Part shown: piece after piece, positions 56,472 through 64,000 of the stretch
Position numbering within the stretch: position 1 is the first letter of the stretch
How the letters are laid out: each line of letters opens with the position of its first letter
Assembly (NCBI RefSeq): GCF_009914755.1
Contig: NC_060932.1
DNA from: the human T2T-CHM13v2.0 reference genome, Homo sapiens
Reading direction: 5' to 3' (one strand)
Length of the DNA: 64,000 bases
Made by a program: the position numbers and the translations under genes
The notes under the pieces: model-generated
The model's database searches: none
Seen by the model: the letters and a program-made list of their open reading frames with translations, nothing else
What the model was told of the DNA's origin: nothing

Positions 56472-58211
56472 CTCTGTGTTTTTATCTGCCTTTGGTCTTT
56501 GATGTTGGTGACCTATAGATGGGGTTTTTGTGTAGATGACTTTTTGTTGATGTTGCTGCTATTCCTTTATGTTTGTTAGTTTTCCTTCTAACAGTCAGGT
56601 CCCTCAGCTGCAGGTCTGTTGGATTTTGCTGGACATCCACTCCAGACCCTATTTGCCTGGGTATCACCAGCAGAGGCTGCAGAATAGCAAATATTGTTAC
56701 CTGATCCTTCCTCTGGATGCTTTGTCCAAGAGGGGCAGCCACCTATATGAGGTGCCTGTCGGCCCCTACTGGGAGGTGTCACCCAGTTAGTCAGGGACCC
56801 ACTTGAGGAGGCAGTCTGTCCATTCTCAGAGCTCAACCACCATGCTGGGAGAACCACTGCTGTCTTCAGAGCTGTCAGACAGGGATGTTTAAGTCTGTAG
56901 AAGTTGTCTGCTTTCTTTTGTTCAGCTATGCCCTACCCACAGAGGTGGAGACTAGAGGCAGTAGGCCTTGTTGAGCTGCAGTGGGCTCTGCCCAGTTCAA
57001 GCTTCCAGGCCACTTTGTTTACCTACTGAAGCCTCAGCAATGGCGAACACCCCTCACCCAGCCAGGCTGTCGTCTCACAGGTTGATCTCAGACTGCTGCA
57101 CTAGCAGGGAGCAAGGCTCCATGAGCATGGGAGCTGCCAAGCTAGGCATAGGAGAGAATCTCCTTGTCTGCTGGTTGCTAAGACCTTAGGAAAAGCAGGG
57201 TATTTGGGCGGAAGTGTCCTGTTTTTCCAGGTAGTCTGTCTCGGCTTCCCTTGGCTAGGAAGGGGAAATCCCCTGACCCCTTGTGCTTCCCAGGTGAGGT
57301 GACGCCCTTCCCTGCTTCAGCTTGCCCTCCATGGGCTGCACCCACTGTTCAACCAGTCCCAATGAGACGAACCAGGTACCTCAGTTGGAAGTCCAGAAAT
57401 CACCCATTTTCTGCGTCGATCACACTTGGAGTTTCAGACCAGAGCTGTTCCTATGTGGCCATCTTGGAATGCCCCTATATAGTCAAAATTTTAATCTCTT
57501 CCATCTTATGTTGATTTTATTTAAGGATGAAATTTTAAAATATGTTTTGGAGAATATTATTTATAATTATAAAAAGTCTTGTCCTGCTCACTGTAAATTT
57601 TCTTGCTTTGCATATAAATTTCTTCTCTTTGTTGAGTCACATATTGTTTCTTCATGGTATTGGCTTTCTCTAAATATTTTATGATTCTTGCATATCTTCT
57701 GAAATTCCCTATTAAACTCAGAAAAGGGTGTATCTGTTTTTGCATTCTGCTTGGTGGGAGAAAGAGGACCAATTTTTGAACATGAAAATAAGTAGATAAG
57801 AATCTGTGCCCTGGGCTCACCATTTCTACTGGGTGTTGACAGTTGCCTGAAGCACAACTTTGTCTCTCTGACCCAGTGTTTTGCCACTCTCCTCCACCTG
57901 AAGAAGATTTTTTTTTTCTATTGCTTGGCTCTTGGGCAGGTTGAGGAGAGAAGAGAGGAGATGAAGGATGTGTAGGTTGCTCCTGCTGTAAAGATCCGCC
58001 CTATTTTGCCTGGCCCCTGTCCTATTTCTAGTTTCTGCTACCTTCAGACATGAGGTTACTGGTGCTTCTCCTGTCTTTTGTAGTTTCGACTCTCTTAAGT
58101 GCATTTGGGCTGTGGTTCCCATCTCCAATTCAATCTTCTGCTTTCTGCCTTTTAAAGTCCTGACAGTATCTCCTTTTTTTTTGTTTTCTGTTGTTGAGAT
58201 AGATTTATTTA

Positions 58212-58287
58212 TTAGGTTGGTGCAAAAGTAATTGTGGTTTTGGCAATTTTAATGGAAAAAAAAAAACACAATTACTTTTGCACCGAC
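58212..58287. mobile_element. MADE1 (Hsmar1-derived mariner MITE)
   Basis: ttaggttggtgcaaaagtaattg...caattacttttgcacc palindrome of about 76 bp, preceded by TA; right tip eroded. Confidence 0.9.
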
Positions 58288-58692
58288 ATTTTTTTTCTTC
58301 TTTTAGCTTGTAAAGGAATTTGTACCAGAAGTGGAGGCTGCCCTGAATGCTCAGTCCATCATCTTGAACTGGAACCACCCTTCACTTCTTAAGATAATTT
58401 TCATCATGCAAAAAGAGTGAAATTCAGTAGTCTCTTCAACATCCTATATGTATTCTTTTGGTTTTGGCTGTGTTTTTGTTTTTTAACCATAACTCATAAA
58501 GCATAAGAATGGCTACCAGAATTAATGTTAAGCAGTTAGCAGCTACTTAGGGCTATAGTTTTTAGTTATGTTTTTACAGTATATATTTCCATCCTATGTT
58601 CTCTTACTCTAGAAAATGTAAGATAAATCTAGGGCTATCCCTGTATAATTTTAGCCTCATAGAATCTTGAAATGAAGAATAGGTGTTGACCA

Positions 58693-58850
58693 GTTTTTTA
58701 GAAACAGGGTAGGGGGTCTTGTTCTTTCATCGAGGCTGGAGTGCAGTGGTCTAATCATAGCTCACTACAGCCTTGACCTCCTGGGCTCAAGCCATCTTCC
58801 CACCTTCCAAGTAGTTGGGATTAGAGTCATGAGCCACCATGCTTGGCTCC
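58693..58850 (-). mobile_element. Alu monomer (FRAM/AluJ-like)
   Basis: 'aggctggagtgcagtggtctaatcatagctcactacagcc'. Confidence 0.8.
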
Positions 58851-59596
58851 AGTTTTCTTATTTGTTTGCCAAGTGGATTGTCTTCTTTTCTGTTATTCAA
58901 ACAAATAAATATGCAAAACAGCAAAAAAAGTTTTGCAGACACGGTGGAAATATCCAAGGAGTTTTTTTAAAGTATGGGGTTCAATTTGAATTTTACTACC
59001 TTCTGAATATACCTTAATTAATATTGAAATTGATCAATGGATTGGAGACATTTGTTAATGATCACAAAATAATTTTGCTGATTAGGATCAAACACAGAGT
59101 CTCCATGTAATGATTTGGAAGGGTGTTTAATGAAAGCTGCAATATTGCCTACATTGTTTTCATGGACTTTGCTGGAAGCATCTTTGAAACTTAATGGCAA
59201 CTTATTATTATATTCAATGGTCTAATAAGACAAATTCAGAAAAAAATTTTGGGCTGATCCCCTGAAGTTTCAACATTTAAATAGTCTAGGAAGTATTGGT
59301 GGGTGTGTGATTTTATTCCCAGATCCTTAATAGGCTGTTAAGTAGGTGGCTCCACACACACCCACTTTACATTTTTCTTGTCACATGTGATTCATTTTTA
59401 TTCCACATTTAAAAATCCTTCCGAGAAAAATATTAGATAATTTTCATTTCAAAGTCTAATAGTCCCTGTGGCTGACATTATTTCCAAGGTCTCATCTCAA
59501 TATTATATGCTACAGGATAAATTTATTACTTTTGTTCTTTCCTTAGTGGACGTAATAATAATTACTACTACTTTTTGGGCATTACTTCTCTGCTTG

Positions 59597-60053
59597 TGAT
59601 ACGGCTCTGGCGAGTAGAGGAACACTAGGGCTCTTGTCTCATGTTCAATTAGATAAAACAACATGGACACACTTGGAGTGGTTTTAAGGAGCAGAGGGTT
59701 TAATAGGCAAGAAAAAAGGAAGAAGCTCCCCTATACAGAGACAGAGGAAGGGGGGCTCCAAAGCCAAGAGAGGGAACCCCAAGTGAAGCAGAAACCAGCC
59801 ATGTGTATACAGAGGCTGGAGGAGGTGGTGTCTGATTTGCACAGGGCTCGGGGGATTGGTTTGACCAGGCATGTGATTCACATAGCCTGGGAAAAAGCTG
59901 GCCTTCCCACCCTAGCCTTTTAATATGCAAATGCAGGGAACCATGATGTTCTACAGAAATTCTCTACAGTTCTCTACACACTTGGAGATATGTGGGGGTG
60001 GCCATGTTGCCAGGCACATGTGGGGCAAGGGCAAGAAGGCAACTCCTACAACA
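59597..60053 (-). mobile_element. LTR9-like ERV1 solo LTR
   Basis: TG...CA ends, exact 4-bp TSD CTTG (59593-59596 and 60054-60057), 'ggagtggttttaaggagc...tttaataggcaagaaa'. Confidence 0.75.
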
Positions 60054-61034
60054 CTTGTAAATATACACGTAAATATAATAATGCACATGAAAATTGTTAC
60101 TAAACTGTAAAGTACTATTCAAAAATATTAACATTATTTATGGTAGTATTATTAGCATAATATCATGTTACCATATCATTGATTTTTAAGAACTTTGGAT
60201 AATAAAAATAATGAGAAAGTCTCTCTCTCTGTCTCTCTCTCACTGTCTTTTGGTGAGCAATGCGACTCTTCCCAATATCAGAAACTAAAATAGAATTTCT
60301 TTAACTTTCCAGCTGAGCCCCAGAAAACCTTTCAGCAAACAAACATGATGGTTTCATATACCAGTTGGCATGAAGATAAAGTGTTGGTGCTGCATTTTAA
60401 AGGGGAAGTTTGAGAAATATGAGGAAAGTAACTAAACTAGAATCAATTATAATAGGCTGGTTATCGGCAAATATACTTTTCAGAGGAACTTGGAGCATCT
60501 CAAAGAAAGCCAGGAGTTTAGCAGAGTGTTCTACATTCTCTTTCTACTGTGATAGACATGGGCCTAAACTTTTCATGCCTCTTTTTCATTACCTGTGAAA
60601 CTGGGGTCATAGTAGCTTTACCGTTCTTAAGAACTTGTTATAAAATACCGTGTGTACCCCAGTGACTTATGGAAAAATAAAATAAAAAAATTATAAAATC
60701 ACAAGACAAGGGACTTCTAATGCCTTGTTTTCCTCAAAAGGAAACAGTCTTAAGTGAATAAGTGATTTGTCCCAAGTCAGAAAACCTAGTTGGGCTATAA
60801 TAAACTGGAAGCTTTTTGAATTGGAATAGATGTTTTAGTTATATAGTATTTAAATCTTTTTACTGAATCAGGAATTCTCTGCAATCTCTCTGGCATTCAT
60901 TTTGAGATCACTCCTTGTTAAGAAATTGACTGCATTTCAGGGTGGAACATTATATTATTGGACCACTTTAATTGTCTGGCAGTCATTGTTTTTAATGTCA
61001 TGTCAAGTTCCTGTGACTTCTATACCTTGACTCT

Positions 61035-61461
61035 TATCACAAGTGTGACTCCCTAGAAAGCAGACACTTAGAAATTAGCAAGTTTATCAGGGAGTGCTTT
61101 TGGTATCCATTCTGTGTAAAGGAAGAGAAAACAAATAAATAAACAAACAGGATTTGACAGAGAAAGAAGTCACTCTGTAGTGCAGTTTGAATAGAGTGCC
61201 TCAGTGGATGCTGCAGGGAATTTAGATGGAACAAACTCTTGAGCTGGGATGACAGAGCCAGGCCTTTAAACCTCTCTGTCTATCACTTACTGAAAGTAGG
61301 CTGCCCTGGGAAGGGGGCGTGACCTTGGGTGAAACAGCTTTCTTCTGCTGAGGCAATTCCCAAATGGGGCTGACATGCTAGGGCTGTTTGTAGGCAGCTA
61401 AAGCTTTAATTCCTTTATTTCTGAAAAATAATAAAGGTGATACCTCATAGCATTCACCACA
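61035..61461 (-). mobile_element. LTR16-like ERVL LTR
   Basis: 'ggctgccctgggaagggggcgtgaccttggg...gaggcaattccc', ends 'caccaca'. Confidence 0.7.
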
Positions 61462-61469
61462 CATAATAC

Positions 61470-62075
61470 ATTTTTAGAATTAGTTTGTAAATTTCTACTA
61501 AAAATATTCCTGCTGTCTTTAATTGGGATTGTGTTGTATCTATAGATAAATTTAGGAAGAATCGATATGTTAACAATGTTGAATCCTCAATCCATTAGTA
61601 TAATTATTTATTTGAGTCCTCTTTAATTTCTATGGGTAATATTTTGCAGTTTGCAATGTATAAGCCACAAATACTTTTGGATACATTTGTGTCTTGATGC
61701 TATTTTGAATGGAATATTCAAATTTCCATTTAAAAATATTTATCACTAGTATATAGAAGTATAATTACTGCTTTTTATGCACTGGTTTTATCTTCTGAAA
61801 TCTTGTTAAGCTCACTTACTAGTCATAGTAGATTTTTAAGTCAATTCCTTAGAATTTTCTATGTCCATGATCGTATTGACTATGAAGAAAGTTTTATTTC
61901 TTTGTTTCCAATCTGTATGCCTTTTATTTATTTTTATTGCCAGGTTGCAATGGTTAGGGCCCATAGTACAATATGGAATAGAAGAGCCGAGAGCAGACAT
62001 CGTTCTGTTGATCCTAGTCTAGTTCAATAACATTCAATCTTTCATTGAGTATGATATTAGTAGATTATAGTAGGT
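61470..62075 (-). mobile_element. Old L1M ORF2 fragment
   Basis: 'aattgggattgtgttgtatctatagataaatttagg', 'ttccaatctgtatgccttttattt'. Confidence 0.8.
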
Positions 62076-63495
62076 GAATTAAAATTCTAGAGTAACAACA
62101 TGAAAAGGATGCAGTAAGGGTCCATTGCTTAGTAAAGTCATACACTGTCTCAATTTAACTGCATTAATACTGGATACAACAGTAGCTGGAACAAGTTGTA
62201 AATAATTATCTACTACCTAGCTTTGAAAGAGAGCACATTTTACATTCTTATGGAAACTTTTTTTTTTTTAATGATGAAACAACCAATTCTGTAGCATATA
62301 GAAAATGCATAATGTCCTGCAAAAATAACTGTGTAGTGGAAAATTATCTCTTTCAGATATTCATCACTTACTGTTCACTGATTTTCATGCTGAGAGGTTC
62401 ATGCTTAGACTACTCTTCAAACAAGTTTATCTGGGTTGAAGTTTTTTGCCTCGCTCCCTTTGGACGGGAGGTTGACATTTTCTTATTAAATTCATAAACA
62501 TATCTTCTACTTATATAATATTCAAGAGCCAGCCATGACTGCAGGAAAATCCATGAGGGTACTCATGGCCTCATTCTTTTACCACTTCCTCTCCATCTCC
62601 TCACTGCTTACATAGGAGCTCAGCTTCCTCTTAAAATCCCTTTCAGAGAACCCTGGAAATTTTCAGGATGTTTTGCTCAGGAAAAAGGCTGCTCATGTTG
62701 TACTAATTCTGGCTTCTCATTTCCGTCTCTTAGTTCTGCTTCTGTGGGAGCTGCCCTCCCTGAAAATGTGTGTTTCTGTAGTGGGGTACGATCCACTGAC
62801 GTTCCTGAAGGAAGAGCAGTTCTTTAGGTGCCTGACTTGGTGAGGACTTTGTCATTGATGCCTTAAAGCATCAATGATCATGATGAGAGCCTTACGTAGT
62901 CTTTCATGAAGTCAGCTCCTTCACCTGTCACCATCCCATTTTTCCCTCCACAGGTGTCACGTAGGGAGGAGAGAAGGAAATTCCTTGGCATCCCCTTTAT
63001 CATCTTTACCATTTCTTTGACCTTGTCCAACCAGTCATATCACAAACAAGCAAACAACCAAGCAAAACCCAAATATTTTCTTCTTTTAGTCAAAACACGA
63101 AAACTAATATGAATATTAATTCATGCAAATGAAAACCTGCAATGATCACCCACAAACCAGTTACAAATAAACAAATTTGGCCTCAGTTGGAAACCTGGCT
63201 ACACAGCAATGCCTCCATTGACTAGAGTCAGTCAGTTGCATGTTTCTATTTTGCAAAATCAATCCAACAATCATTTACTGAAGGCTCATAGAGTATTGCT
63301 CTGGGGGATATTGAAATGAATATAGATAAAAAGCAAGAATGTAATCTTCTTAATGTCTTCTGTTTAGAATAGCTTCTACTTCACAAGGCCTTTTTGTTTT
63401 GTCATTCATTTTCAAATTAATTAAAATACAGCTCATTATTTTCCAGGCACAAATATTTGCTCACTATATTTAAACATATAAATATTTAAACACAT

Positions 63496-63538
63496 AAATG
63501 TCCACTGCTAATTGCCAGGCAATTAGCAGTGGACATTT
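63496..63538. repeat. Perfect 43-bp palindrome (21-bp arms, 1-nt centre)
   Basis: aaatgtccactgctaattgcc-a-ggcaattagcagtggacattt. Confidence 0.97.
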
Positions 63539-64000
63539 GACTGCAAATGGAGTAGAGCTGATTGTAACATTATATGCAAATGAGGAGTGCTGAATCTAAT
63601 CATGCATTGAGATTTCCAGACAGTAAAAAATTATACCCTCTCTGAAAACCCAAAGCTTTACATTCAAAGGTCTACCCAGGAATAAAGGCAGTAATGGATG
63701 TCACTACTTGTAGTTATTTACTTTAATCACCAATGCCAAAAATGATATTTAGATGATGATTGAGAACATTAGCATCTTGTAAATATCAAACATGATTATT
63801 TCCTGTATGGTTCTTGAACCCCTCACTCTTAAGTCAAATATTTTCTTGTGTATCATTTTTAATAAATCAGAACAACAAGAGCTGAAATGAAGACATCATC
63901 TTATTTAATCATTTTAAAAATAAACACAATAGTTATTACTCTTATACTTTATAATAGCCTGAGTATAATCATACCTACTTCTGGAGAGACAGATTTTCAT

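Noticed and set aside
59120-59195. Peptide IVFMDFAGSIF resembling an ancient LINE RT motif
   Set aside because: Too short and degenerate to support without a profile search
62612-62760. Possible minus-strand exon (ttttcag...gtaagc)
   Set aside because: Stops in all three frames and a poor polypyrimidine tract

Overview
Primate genomic DNA (AluY, LTR12C and a young L1PA fragment point to human or great ape), AT-rich, gene-poor and mostly interspersed repeats. I found no recognisable host protein-coding exon, RNA gene or CRISPR array: the long ORFs are decayed LINE-1 ORF1/ORF2 pieces or antisense frames of repeats. The window holds two full-length L1PA elements (21.3-28.7 kb and 51.4-57.5 kb), a twin-primed 5'-inverted L1 nested in an older L1PA16-like element, an internally deleted L1MA, several solo LTRs, Alus, Tigger3 and MADE1. 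The observations most worth following up are: (1) neighbouring L1 copies share non-consensus mutations, including a premature stop and a frameshift, which suggests local gene conversion or an assembly artefact; (2) a young 1.3 kb internal L1 ORF2 fragment with no polyA and no TSD; (3) a triple nest MSTA > L1 > LTR12C, with a short 3' transduction and a possible LTR12C-driven spliced transcript; (4) several fold-back or templated-insertion scars, including a homogeneous 26-bp hairpin VNTR and a perfect 43-bp palindrome. Subfamily names were assigned by eye from remembered consensus sequences and need RepeatMasker/Dfam confirmation. I see no convincing new biological system.
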